Below the pieces are notes generated by a model. That model searched no databases. It was not told where the DNA came from and saw nothing but the letters and a program-made list of their open reading frames with translations. Made by a program: the position numbers and the translations under genes. A stretch of 64,000 bases of DNA from Stegostoma tigrinum (taxonomy: Eukaryota), in the NCBI RefSeq assembly GCF_030684315.1, contig NC_081368.1, forward strand, positions 33,289,899-33,353,898. The letters are read 5' to 3'. This document shows, piece by piece, positions 13,101 to 24,245 of this stretch (the first letter of the stretch is position 1; the number at the start of each line of letters is the position of its first letter).

Positions 13101-13811
13101 ATGCATGCCCCTTTTAAATTCAGCACACACACCTTCCCCTCCTGCTGTCATTTGTTCCATATGTGCAAAATCAGCAGCAGCACAGTTGTTGTCCAATGGA
13201 TTTCCTTTAGCAGGATCAACAGCTTTGTTCTTTTTGTGACGCCTGATACTGCTAAACAGACCCCTTAGTCCCTTCTTTGACCTTCGCACACTCGAGAGCT
13301 TGTCTGCACTTTGTTTCTGAGCAAAACATTCAGAGTTCTCTGATTGTAGTGATTCATCTTTACAGAGAGTAGAGTTAACATTGTTATCAAGTGCCGAGTG
13401 CTCACTTTTAGAGCCACATAATGTTCTTGCTGCAGAGTTAGAACTAGGTGAATCAGTATATCCACTCCATCCAGTATCAGAGCTTTCTTTCTGGCTGATA
13501 TCCAACACTACTTCACTAATGCCACTGTGAGTTTTGCTTTTGCCGATTCCCTTTTTGGACAGTCCTTTTACTTGCCCTTTGTTCTTTATTGTGAAAAAGC
13601 TAGGTAGTGTGCAAATGTTCTTCCTTCCTCCGAACAGTTTCAATGCCGTTTTCTTAAGCTTCCCAGAAGACTGTTCAGCATCAGTGGTATTAGTACACTC
13701 TGATGATGGATGCACAGCTGCTCCCTGGATCTGTTTCCCTCTGGCAAGTTCCCCATGGCCTGGAGACAAAGGCTTTGTTCCAGCTGTCTCTTCATTGCTG
13801 TCAACTTCCAT
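10185..13811 (-). CDS. AMER1: APC membrane recruitment protein 1 (WTX/FAM123B), single coding exon, 1208 aa
   Basis: Uninterrupted ORF with strong Kozak (gccATGG) and AMER-family blocks: LKKTALKLFGGRKNICTLPSFF, KKGLRGLFSSIRRHKK, FGDVTSLKSFDSLTGCGDI, KRSSCLVTYQGGGEEMA, SAPNSDEGYYDSTTPG, LPRDSYSGDALYE, NRRSKSLDT. Next to ASB12 and MTMR8, which supports AMER1 over AMER2/3. Confidence 0.96.
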   Translation of the reverse strand: MEVDSNEETAGTKPLSPGHGELARGKQIQGAAVHPSSECTNTTDAEQSSGKLKKTALKLFGGRKNICTLPSFFTIKNKGQVKGLSKKGIGKSKTHSGISEVVLDISQKESSDTGWSGYTDSPSSNSAARTLCGSKSEHSALDNNVNSTLCKDESLQSENSECFAQKQSADKLSSVRRSKKGLRGLFSSIRRHKKNKAVDPAKGNPLDNNCAAADFAHMEQMTAGGEGVCAEFKRGMHELNLKSACKMNHLVIGDSIDKTLTANSTNSLSESRAIKIENSLKNKACDFETSCAEVRKASPPEIKTLNGKAGGVILNMDASFGSMPDIVKPKCLDHDPPSVHSFDHINLIFGDVTSLKSFDSLTGCGDITADHDDDSIAESTVSGERGRTAGKRSSCLVTYQGGGEEMATPDEVDDEYLKALWMKATGATVIYDSNQSIAEDGGECPRSPSDVDHSALRISVTDPCALRATADSAINSSELVTPQSDHQESAPNSDEGYYDSTTPGHDEEEGDSISQSKNERLPRDSYSGDALYELFVEQNDSLMNSPPSDEKFLEIKSPSLGISLTGILNFPVPGDVNVSHIPNKHNILLPSGQDKLDFIQEDGIRLAHLQQLTCWEPCGMTALEKGLAFQGRDMFFRDVRNTELNNIAAKADSIIVKSQQDAVSTEPLVSCCLSRSGKVKDDYLTNIADVQNWTDLQGSSCLKEANNKYVVSSQNVCGSYSITKLQHKMSGENYIEGYKSKNCDEWERQMKEVEKGGMKNVTSDRTCVKGVADHSCGNASSCNVVEKTEEQCEQAINYSQALVEFTANRKLYPILSDSLGNSDSSSHFAQDIRALPAMVTFDVVDVENEGECDQQSEMVTDEEISASYETFDNSYMEKEPYHHCDDGMFHICAQNSFLGNCWGAASLPRHSLRKLSSSLPTPLTLNRRSKSLDTDSLESGLIDLYLSKVTAASKSTPQSPDVPKYKQNSKKGPSHWFGKISGQTVSSETGEITYISNCLEQQPLQYREEPLTSDKRNTDSKSFCPFDTDLGAQHIGLGEDLSLYYKSNSVKLPVQNLSTSKQHLEPINNNKKPHSPRKLVRPTHLPLQNDSCKLQSGTVSFNSSRENTNGRQAYSSPSLNEGQKDDISKTVSSVHYSGTDSELDAKGCRDIGLPLALSSFCSNKTESLKHSMNFTGLYTTTNNSMFQGRSDLEVKLPVGWNKNTTMDM

Positions 13812-13910
13812 GGCAACCGTTATCTATACACAGGTGTAATCAGCTGTAAATTGGGTTAGATAGACAAACACCCAAATTGCTGCCACAAAGTCTGCTCAAC
13901 CATCATTGTC

Positions 13911-13930
13911 CTGCAAAAAAAGACAGAAAT
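13911..13930 (-). other. AMER1: Splice acceptor of the AMER1 coding exon (exon starts at 13910, 99 nt before the ATG)
   Basis: Minus strand atttctgtctttttttgcag|gacaatg: polypyrimidine tract plus CAG. Confidence 0.8.
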
Positions 13931-14214
13931 CAAGTTATAAACCAAAAGAGGGGCATTTTCCACACATTCATTATTGCCTGTCTAGCCACTGTCTTGAGGC
14001 TACTGTCATAAATTAACTTCTGCATGAAAACTTCGACACTGTTCTATCAAATGAGAGAATCACTACAAGATAAAATCTTCCATTTTAATTTTGCAGCACT
14101 ATAATTTAATGTAAGGTCATCACATTTGACACTATAGTTGTACATAATACAACGGAGAGACAATGATAATAAAATAGCCATAGTTAAAACACTGTCCTTT
14201 AATGTTTCCTGCAC

Positions 14215-14885
14215 AATAAGACCATATGAAATAGGAACAGGACTAGTCAGTTCAGCCCCTGGGGCCTGCTCTGCCATTCAACAGGATCATGGTCGATCCA
14301 ATATTCCTCACATCCACTTTCCTGCCCTTTTCCCAGAGCCTTAGATTCTTGATCATCAGGGGAAATCAATTTCAGCCTTAAATACGCCCAAGGATTCTAC
14401 AGCTGTCTTGTGGCAAAGATTTCCAAAGATTTTCCTTCTGAAAAGAAAATCTCTTTCATATCATTTTTAAATTGGTGACTCTCTATTCCGAGACTATGCT
14501 CCCTCAACCTGGGCTCTCCCACCAGGGGCAACATCTTCTCAGGACCCACTTATTCGAGCCTCTTAAAAATCCTATATTTCAATAAGATCATCTCTCATTC
14601 TTCTAAAATTAAATGAGTTGAGTTCCAACCTGTTTTGCCTTTGTTTATATGACCACCCTTCTGTAATGGGGATCATCCTAGTGAAGCCTTCTCTGAACTG
14701 CATCCAATGAAACAGTGTTCTTCCTTAAATAAGGGAACCAAACTGTGGAGTACTCCAGATGCGGTTTCACCAGTACCTTGACCAGTTGCAGTCAGGCTTC
14801 CCTCTGATACCAACCCTCCTGGAAAAAAACATTCCATTCGCCTTCCTGACTATGTCATGCACCTGTGTGCTAGCTGTGTTTCGTG
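14215..14885 (-). mobile_element. Decayed CR1-type LINE 3' fragment in AMER1 intron 1
   Basis: Typical CR1 3' end reversed (ccatatgaaataggaacagg...cctgctctgccattca) and RT C-terminal remnants (ttctctgaactgcatccaatg, accaaaactg...agtactccagatgcgg). Confidence 0.75.
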
Positions 14886-16407
14886 CACCAATTGCTGAAA
14901 ACTGTAATTGTAAAGACGACAATGGCACCATTTGCCTTTGGGACTATACGAATCTTATGTTCAACGATATAACCTTTAATTAATGTAACTAAACAATTGT
15001 AAAGGAAAAAAGTGAACGACAGAAGGTAGTAGAGTAAACTGAAGTCAAATAGGTGAAAGAGACTGGGCTAAAAAAGAACAAAAAAGGGATATTATTTTTA
15101 GGAAAAAAAGAATACCTCTAGGAACAATTTATTACCTACTGAGTTGAATTCCAGTTTCATTGTTCTTTTTTGGGGTTCAATAGTCAGGCCAATAAAACAG
15201 ATCATTACCAGAGACTTTACAATATGAATTACAACATTAATTGGATACAGTAAAAGCAGTTCATTCACAATGCAGATCCAACAAATTTATTACATCCAAA
15301 TGAACTTGAAATTGGAGGTTAGTGGCAAGAGGGTAGTTTGTTTGGTTTCAGTCTGTGGCACTTTTCTAATGAAGCTCAAGGAAAGCTTGAGGAACAGCAT
15401 GGTATACTTTAATCAGTTTACACCTTCCAAACTCAAAGTCAAGTTCAACAATTTCTGATCAGAACCATTGTTGCCATTTTTTGCAGACACCAGCAATAGA
15501 TAATGCTTATTTTGTGCCTATTACCCATATCTGAACCCTTCTCTAGTTTTATTTAGTTATCCTAGTAGTATCTCCTCTTGACTTACACGATCAACCCTTC
15601 TGTCATTTAATAACTACTGCACTCCACCTGATCAAACTCATTTGTTTCTTTTCCCCCTTCTCTTTGCCCTTGAACTTGCTCAAAATGTGTTATATCTGTT
15701 TCCCAATTCTAATGCATGCGCTAGAACCCGAAAGGAAAACTGTCTCTCCCTTCTCCACAGGTGCTGCCTGGTCCAAAGATTTTCAGCATTTTCTGCTTTT
15801 ATTTCAACATCCGCTTTTGTGTCAGTGATAATTAGTAATTACTAATTACACTGACTGGAGAGTGTAATTACAAATTTATGAGAACAGTTTCTATTTTAAC
15901 TATGGGCACAGAATCAACAATGGAAACAAAAATATCAGTAACTATGACCTTAATCTAAGCTTGAAATTACAGCAGCGTTCCCTGGCCTAATTAATGCATT
16001 CTGTCAGCATGCTTCACCTAAAACTTATACCTCCCAGGAGTAACACCACAGGAAATAAAAATCAAACAAGGAATATTCAAATTGGATTTCTTTCCCCTTG
16101 GAAGAGATCAGACACTCAATTTATATGAAACTTCATAACAAACACATGACAATGTTTTAACACATTATATGTACTAAGTAATCCAAAATTATCAAATATG
16201 CCAAAATTTGCACAGTACCAGTCTGCAAAATAATCCACTCATCTTGTAGAAAGAGAGGGAAATTCCACATTCCCATCATATACTTCAATACAATCCTGAA
16301 GTAAATTTGACAATCCTTTAATATTTTTGCAACATGACTTGTTCCATTCTTTTAAAATCCTTTTAAAAACCTAACTTGCTTCCAAACTCGATGTTCCGGG
16401 CAAAGCA

Positions 16408-16545
16408 CAAGTGGCCCTCTTGGTACAGTGGAGTGTCTCTATCTCTGATTCAGAAGGCCCATCTTCAAGCCCCACCTGCATCAGATGTGTGGAAGAACAT
16501 TCTGAACAGGTCAGTTAGAAAATACTTAAAACTGTCAGCTGGGGT
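16408..16545 (+). mobile_element. Probable tRNA-derived SINE remnant
   Basis: A/B-box-like head (tggtacagtgg...cttcaagccccacc). Confidence 0.4.
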
Positions 16546-16561
16546 TCAAGCAACTAAAAAA

Positions 16562-16779
16562 TGCCATAAGACCATAAGACATAGGAGTGGAAGTAAGGCC
16601 GTTCGGCCCATCAAGTCCACTCCACCATTTAAATCATGGCTGATGGGCATTTCAACTCCACTTCCCTGCACTCTCCCCGTAGCCCTTGATTCCTTCTGAG
16701 ATCAAGAATTTGTTGTTTTCTGCCTTGAAGGCATCCAACGTCCCGGCCTCCACTGCACTCCGCGGCAATGAATTCCACA
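16562..16779 (-). mobile_element. CR1 3' end
   Basis: Reversed (cataaga)n tail and CR1 3' UTR (taaggccgttcggcccatc, catggctgat, gcaatgaattccaca). Confidence 0.8.
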
Positions 16780-17149
16780 AACAATACAAATCCGCATAAA
16801 CAACAAAAAACCTCAACAGTTCCAGACTTCATTCATTTTACACTTACGACAGAAGGCCAAACTTAAGCAGCCGATTCTTACACACAAGTAAAAGTTTAGT
16901 GTCTCCTAAGAGGCATCACAGCTAATATCAAACTTGTTGTCATCCAACAGCACTACACTTCATGTACTGGACAACTACCAAGAGCTAAATTTCCAGTAGT
17001 GTTTTTACAGCCTTTGTTTAGTGACACATATAAACACAGCTCCCATAATGTACTCATATCTGCAAGAGTAAACAGTTTCATTGAAATAGCACCTTTTCAG
17101 ACTGCAGGCTGTTCCACAGCACCTTACCTTCAAGTAAATACTTTTTTGA

Positions 17150-17243
17150 AACACACAGAATGCTGGAGAAACTCAGCAAATCTGGCAACTGAGGAGAGAG
17201 AAACAGAAAATGTTTCAAGTCTGGTATGTCTCTTCTTCAGAAA
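17150..17243 (-). mobile_element. Short Penelope-derived repeat with a degenerate hammerhead core
   Basis: Minus strand ctgaagaagagacataccagacttgaaacatt followed by the family body (tctctctcctcagttgccagatttgctgagtttctccagcatt). Confidence 0.6.
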
Positions 17244-20200
17244 GTGCTTTTTTGAAGTATTGTTGCTGTTGCAATGAAGGTACATTCAGTAAGTTTTCAT
17301 AACTATTATATGTACTAAATAATCCAAATTTGCACAGCACCAGTCTGCAAAATAATCCACTCATCTTGTACAAATAGAGGGAAATTCCACATTCCCATCA
17401 TATACTTTACTACAATCCTGAAGTAAATTCGACAATCCTTTAATATTTTTTGCAACATGACTTTGTTTCATTCTTTTAAAATCCTTTTAAAAACCTAATT
17501 TCTTTCTGAACCCTTGATGCTCTGTGCAAAACTGTGGCAATACCACATAATCTATTTTATTGAGGCTGATGGATGAAAAATCTATTTGGCTTTTTCATTC
17601 CTGAGATTGTGTAGAATTATCAATTGCTGTAGGTGGTGGTGAGCTGCTGTCTTAAATTTTTTGAGTGATCTGACATACTTGAGTAACTTGCTAGTCCTGT
17701 GCCAGTTCATTTCAGAGGGCACTTAAGAGTTAACCACTTTGCTACGGTTTGGAATGATCACACTGGCTAAGGACAGCAGATTTCCTTCCCTGTAAGATAT
17801 TGGTTAACCTTTTAAAATAATCAAGTGGTTTCATAGCCATCATTACTGGGACCTATCTCATCATTACAAATTTATTCATTAATTGAATTTAAGATTTAAG
17901 ATCACCAATCAAGGTGACATTTTAACACAGAAATGCATTAATTTAATTCCATTGTCCATTACGCAACCATCACCATTTGTCAGAACACCAAAATAAGTAC
18001 CTGCCCTAAATAGTGATTTTGGACCTTTCATATCCAAAGCACCTCAGTTCAACACTTTTTTTCTGAAAGACAGAACCTCAGGCATGCAATGTTCCCTCAA
18101 TATGTTATAAATGATTTTAAAAGTTTTACACTGGTTGGATAAAGCTACAATACAGCTAAAAAGGAATGGCAATGGCAATGGCAATGATTTGCTTTTGAAA
18201 TGAATGTGCAGTAAAGATTGAGATGGTTAGAAAATAACCCCAAGGTTGGGGCAGACATTATGGCTGACTGCCTCTGACAGTGGAAAGAATGGAGCTGTGA
18301 AGAGTAGTAAGGTTTGTAGATTACAGATCAGTTCTACAGTTGAAAAGAATCACTTCAAATGAGATCAGGCAAATACAGAATGACATGGGCCAGGTCCTCA
18401 TGGCTGAGGTAGAATGAATGCAGAGCACAGATTAGTTCCAACCCCAGTGGTGTTATGTCAATTAGAGAATTCATGTTTTGTAAATTTATACTTTTTAAAA
18501 ATATATATTTAAATGTCCACAACGCACAAAAAGACGCCCATTTCGCTGGAGTAATGAGGTAAAACTATTCAATGCAGTCAAAAATATGAATAATTTGTAA
18601 TAACACCCGATGTTTCAAGATGCTCCGAAGCCACTGAATTGCTTCAAACCATTACTGAATTACATAAATCAGTCACACGTTGATTAATGACACTGTCAAA
18701 ACTCATTTCAGAGTGACAACCAGGGGGTTAACCATAGATAAACACAAGCAATAGACTAGCATAAAACATACTTTGTTCAATGCATCGGACAAAAAATTTA
18801 TTTAATAAAAAAATCACACACACATTACCAAACAAGTTTGGGCTGGTGGAGGAATTGGGGTGGTGGCAATTAACAGGAAAATTGTATTACAACTCAGGAT
18901 CTGTGATTCCAAAATGTAAAGGTTTAAAGGCAAATAACCAGCAGGGATAACTGCGTACGTTTTTTGCCCAGAGATAAATTAAAAGGATTTACTGTGGCAG
19001 GGCAGCATAAGACTCAATTTTTTCTTTAAATATTCACACCTTACTAAAAGCAGCTCAAAACAGAGGCGCAATTATTGTTTAGTATAATTTCTTGGATTTG
19101 AGCATTTTTTTCCCCCCAAATAAAAGTGGCCCAATAAAAAGCAGCCAAAAATATGTAGAACTGCAAAATAATCAACGGTTTAACAACTGAAAATAAAAGA
19201 CATAATTCCACAGGCAGATGACAGTCCCTCCAATTTAAAGCTCCCAATTTTATTACAGTGGCTTTCACATGACAGTTCCATCTGTGGCACACACATCCTC
19301 CTCCTAAGCACTCAGCCAGCATACAGATGGTACCAATACATCAGTTGCTTAATTCAGCCCTACAGCATCCAAGACCTGCTAACAGACTCAGTGCAAGATA
19401 CAAGTGCCCTTGCCACCGCCAAAGAGATCAATAATTGCAAACCTATTAATCAGGAAAAGTTATATTATCACAATGTTAGCCCTTCCACCTGACTAAGTGA
19501 TCCTTGAACCAAATCTGCAGAACAGCTGTGACGATGCCAGAAATCGTTACAAATTTTTCCAGTTTTTGTTACACTGAACTTTGTCACCTTGTCATGTTTC
19601 TTCCCAATTACCCATAGGCTCTGTTCCAGCATCTGGTCAAAAGAAGTTTACTCACTCAGGATAGGAAAATGGAAGTTTAATGGGCAAATTGGTATCTGGT
19701 GGATCTGCAATATCAGATAAGGTTCAAAGTGTTCCAGGTCAATATTTTGTTCTAAATTCGATAACATTAGATGAAAGAAATCCCCAAGGTTAACGTTCTA
19801 GAACTTTGGTTAATTGAATTGGGTCGTTTTCATGTTTAAAATATTATAAATTTGACTTTAGTTTGTCATTTATAATAAAAAATTTCCCCAATTTTGTCCA
19901 TATCTCATTGTTACCTATTTGAGCACTACAAAAATAAACTGCTGACCCCAAACTCCTGCATAATATCAATGCAAAATACTAGCATTATTTTAATTTCCAC
20001 ACCAGGACTCTACAATCCATCATAAGAATCAGGGCCTGCCAATGATGTATGACAGTAGTCATGTTAATTCCATAATCCCACATAGCAAATGTGAATCTCA
20101 ACTAATCAGAACAAATCCTGTAAAAAGGGCCACAGATGTATGAAATTGAAATAGTAGCTTTGCCAAACAAAGAAATATGCTAAGCCACTGCAGATTTGCT

Positions 20201-21159
20201 GTTAGATTAGGCAGTGCAAGATGCATCTGATGCAATTTTTTTTCCAAGATGATCTCAGAACAATGCAGAAGCTTTAAAACCAAGTAATGAATTTGGCGAA
20301 CTGTTCAACGGTTAAAAGAAACAACTGGATCAATTTCACTTTCTGCATTTTTTAAAAAAAATCAAAAATGCAATCTGTTTGAGCAAAACGACAGGTAGCA
20401 ACCTTCATCTTGTTAATTACGATACTTAGTTTCAACTTCCTTGCGGTTCTACAAAGTAAACATTTTGCAACATAATCCTGAAATTTTCAGTTACATCATC
20501 TTGTACTTGTTGGCTTACGATGCACATACAAGGGTTACTGTTGTTATCCTATGTACTCTATCTTCTCAGTTCAGCCATGCACATGCAGAGTGAGTGAGCA
20601 AGTAGGAAATCTATAAACACCAAGACTTAAAATAAAGGTATGGTATCTCAAAACCTGAAACCTCATGACCGAGTCCATGCCAGACTTCAGATCTTGCTGG
20701 TTTACAGAGAAGAAGAAAAAAAATCAGACCCTCAATTCAATTAATAGATGATACATCAAATCAGGTTATTTGGGTCAAGTGGATTGAATGATCACAAATC
20801 ACTCGAAGCTGGAGAAAGGACCAATTTGTGAAGCCAATAAGTAGTCTGGCATGCTACTATGCCAATATGGCATAAAGCTGAATGGTCTCAGTAAATTATT
20901 TTACTCATTTATTAACATTTAAAATTGATGCACACCATCTTATAAAAATCTCCCTCTCTGGACACATCAATATTTTTAAAAACTCACTGTACCTGTATCG
21001 TTTGGACTGGGTGGGTCAACTGACATTTTGAACTAAATCAATAACTTGTTTTTTGGTTTGGGGGGGGGGGGGGAGTGAAGTTCTGAGTTATGTGGGCATT
21101 TGGTTACAATTTTTTTTCCCCGCAAAAGGAAAGTAAAGGAATTCAACATCATTGAATGA

Positions 21160-21972
21160 AAGTCATGCCGTCATAAAGACCTACAGCACAGAAACAGGGC
21201 CTTCGGTTCAACTTGTCCATGCCGACCAAGTTTCCCAAACTAAACTAGTCTCATTTGCCTGTCTTTGGCCTATATCTTCTAAATCTTTCCTATTCATGCA
21301 CCTGTCCAAATGTCAGTTAAATTTTATAATCATACCGGCATCTAGTACTCTGGTAGTTCATTCCATACATGAACCATCCTGTGTCGAAAATGTTGACCGA
21401 GGTCCCTTTTAAATCTTTCTCCTCTCACCTCAAAATTATGCCCTCTGGTTTTGAATTCCCCAACCCTCGGGAAAAAGACCTTTGCCATTCACTTTATCAA
21501 AGCCCCTCAATGTTATAAACCTCTATCAGGTCACCCCTCAAACTCCTATAGTCCAGTGTAAAAAGTCCCAACTTATCCAGCCTCTCCTTGTAACTCAAAC
21601 TCTCCAGTCCTGGTAACATCCTTGTAAATCTTTTCTGTGCCCTCTCCAATTTAATTATACCCTTCCAAAGTTGGTTGTCCAGAACTGTACACAGTACTTC
21701 AAAAGTACCCTCAGCAACACCCTGTACAACCACAGCATGTCATCCTAATTCCTAAACTCTATGATCGGGGCAATAAAGACAAGCATGCCAAATGCCTTCT
21801 TCACCACTGTCTATTTGTGACAACTTTCAATGAACTATGTACCTGAGCCCCTAGGTCTCTCTGTTCTACAGCACTGTCCAGGGCCCCATCATTAACTTCA
21901 AGTCCTACCCTTGTTTGTCTGACCAAAATGCAACACCTCGCATTTATCTAAATTAAAACCCATCTGCCTTTC
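21160..21972 (-). mobile_element. CR1 LINE 3' fragment (RT C-terminus + 3' UTR)
   Basis: ORF 21497-21733 contains KLERAQKRFTRMLPGLESLSYKERLDKLGLFTLDYRSLRGDLIEVY. Confidence 0.9.
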
Positions 21973-22088
21973 CTAAGAATCAAGTCACATGTGTTGAGAG
22001 GAATAAGCAAAGAGTACAACAGGACTGACAAGGAAAGAATGAGAATAGGTGCTAGTCAACATAAAAATGAACTCAAAAATCTTTATTG

Positions 22089-22744
22089 GCACAAAAAGCT
22101 AATAGCATGCTGGCCGTCATAACAAGAGTAATTGAGTATAGGAGCAGAGGTCCTTCTGCAGCTGCACAGGGCAGTGGTAAGACTGCACCTGGAGTATTGT
22201 GTTCAGTTTTGGGTCTCCAAATTTGAGGAAGGAATTCTTGCTATTGAGGGAGTGCAGCGTAGGTTCAGAAAGTTAATTCCCGGAATGCGGGGGCTATCAT
22301 TTGTTGAAAGATTGGAGCGACTGGGCTTGTATACACTTGATTTTAGAAAGATGAGAGGGGATCTGATTGAGATGTGTAAGATTATTAAGGGATTGGACAC
22401 TCTGGAGGCAGGTAGCATGTTTCTGCTGATGGGTGAGTCCAGAACCTGAGGACACAATTTAAAAATAAGGGGTAGGCCATTTAGAACAGAGTTGAAGAAA
22501 AACTTCTTCACCCATAGAGTGGTGGATATATGGAATGCTCTGCCCCAGAAGGCAGTGGAGGCCAAGTCTCTGGATACTTTCAAGTAAGAGCTGGATAGAG
22601 CTCTTAAAGATAGTGGAATCAGGGGTTATGGGGATAAGGCAGGAACAGGATACTGATTGTGATTGATCAGCCATGATCATAATGAATGGTGGTGCTGGCT
22701 CGAAAGGCCGAATGGCCTACTCCTGCAGCTATTGTCTATTGTCT
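22089..22744 (+). mobile_element. Relatively young 5'-truncated CR1
   Basis: ORF 22132-22449 has VRLHLEYCVQFW...ERLERLGLYTLDFRKMRGDLIE; ends in an (attgtct)n tail at 22731-22744. Confidence 0.9.
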
Positions 22745-22759
22745 AAGAAGTTACCGAGT

Positions 22760-24245
22760 TACTGTTTAAGGTGGAATGATTCCTATTAGAGCCAAAGGTG
22801 GTGATATATACAAAGTGATCGCAGGATAAGATTAAAACACTTAAGGAGAATTTCACATCAGTGTTAATGAAAAACAGGGATCTTAAAAAATGCTGGTAAA
22901 AACAGATATAGTAGAAGAAACGGATAAGGTGAATGTTGACAGGGACAAAGCACTGGAAAGGCTGGCTATGCTTAGAGTGGATAAGTCACCTGGCCTGTAT
23001 TGGGTGCACCCCAAGTTGCTGAAACAAGTGGGTTTCAAACTGTCAAACAGGCTTGCCCATTGTAATATCCTGGAATGATTGGAAGACAGAGATACAGAAG
23101 GATAAAACTGTGGCAAATATGATAACATTACTCAGGAAAAAAATGCAAGGTTAGCACAAGCAACTACATCCAACTAGTTTTAACATTAGTAGTCTTAGAA
23201 ACAATAATCAGGGAGCAAGATATTAAACCAAGGCACTTGGACAACCTTGAATTAACTAAGTGCAGTCAACACAGATTTATAAAAAGTAAATCTTGTATTT
23301 GACTAAATTTTTTTTCCATGAAATAACACAGAAGGTTCATGAAGGGAATGCAGGGATATTGTATTTTTAGATTTCAAGAAAATATTTGACAAAGTAACAC
23401 ATACAAGGCGAGAAAACGAGAAATATTAGTGACAGGTTTGATAAAACTTAAATATAAGGAAAGGAAAACAGCAAGTCACGGTTAATGAGATAACATGGTG
23501 TGAAGTTGGATGAACACAGCTGGCCAAGCAGCTTCAGAGGAGCAGGAAAGCTAATAGGAAAGCATCAGCAGTTCCTACAATCTCCGTACCAAGTCATGGT
23601 TAATTATTTATCAGAATGGAAGGTGGTGGGCAGTGGTTTTCCCTAAAGATCAATGCCAGGACAGGTGTTTTTCTTGCTACATAATTTACTATGTATTCTG
23701 AGATGCAAGTCATTGAAGAAAATTTGCCAATAATACCAAACTTTGAGGACTTGCAAAGTGGAGATAACATGAATCACCTGCAATGACACAGATAAGCTAG
23801 AGGAATAGCCAGGCAAGTGACAGATGGTATTCAGCATAGAAAAGTGAGGTGATGATGTGTTTGCCAGGCAGGAGAGGCAAGTAGAAACTCTCTGGCCAGT
23901 CATAAAGCATATGCAAGAAGAGAGGAACTTGTTGGCACAGGTACATTGATCTTTGAAGGTGGCAGGGCATATCGAGACAGTGGTTAGCAAAGCACACGGG
24001 ATTGTTTTAGACTTACTAAACATAGGTATTGAGTATAAAAACAGAGAAGTCAAAGTCTGGTTTGGCCCAAATTGCGTACTGCATCTAAATCTGGTCACCA
24101 CATTTTCAGAAGGATGTGAACAATCTTGACAGTGTAAAGGAGATTTAACAAAATAGTGCAAAGGATGGGGGTTTTACATACAATGTTACATTTGAAAGTC
24201 GAAGTTGTTCTCTTAAAGTAAAGGAGATTGAGTGAAGAATTAGGT
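22760..24245 (+). mobile_element. Old CR1 ORF2 (RT) fragment, with a short PLE-derived insert near 23490-23590
   Basis: LRVDKSPGLYWVHPKLLK; degenerate SQHRF/KSC, LDFKKIFDKV and RT C-terminal sequence. Confidence 0.75.

Larger units (their letters stand above)
16164..17530. repeat. Diverged direct duplication of about 230-240 bp (16164-16404 and 17305-17530)
   Basis: Both copies contain cagtctgcaaaataatccactcatcttgta...gggaaattccacattcccatcatatactt...tacaatcctgaagtaaatt...ttttaaaatccttttaaaaacctaa, with scattered substitutions and one indel of about 17 bp. Confidence 0.9.

Noticed and set aside
12724-13670. Shark equivalent of the human WTX short isoform made by intra-exonic splicing
   Set aside because: An acceptor-like tttgattccctcacag|g is present at 12726-12725, but the position where I would expect the donor reads TCT GGG AAG with no GT, and I found no convincing phase-matched donor nearby.
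10432-13839. Plus-strand ORFs overlapping AMER1
   Set aside because: Short antisense shadows of the long coding exon with no recognisable domains.
15843-15870. Small hairpin taattacact-gactggag-agtgtaatta
   Set aside because: A 10-bp AT-rich stem is expected by chance in 64 kb.
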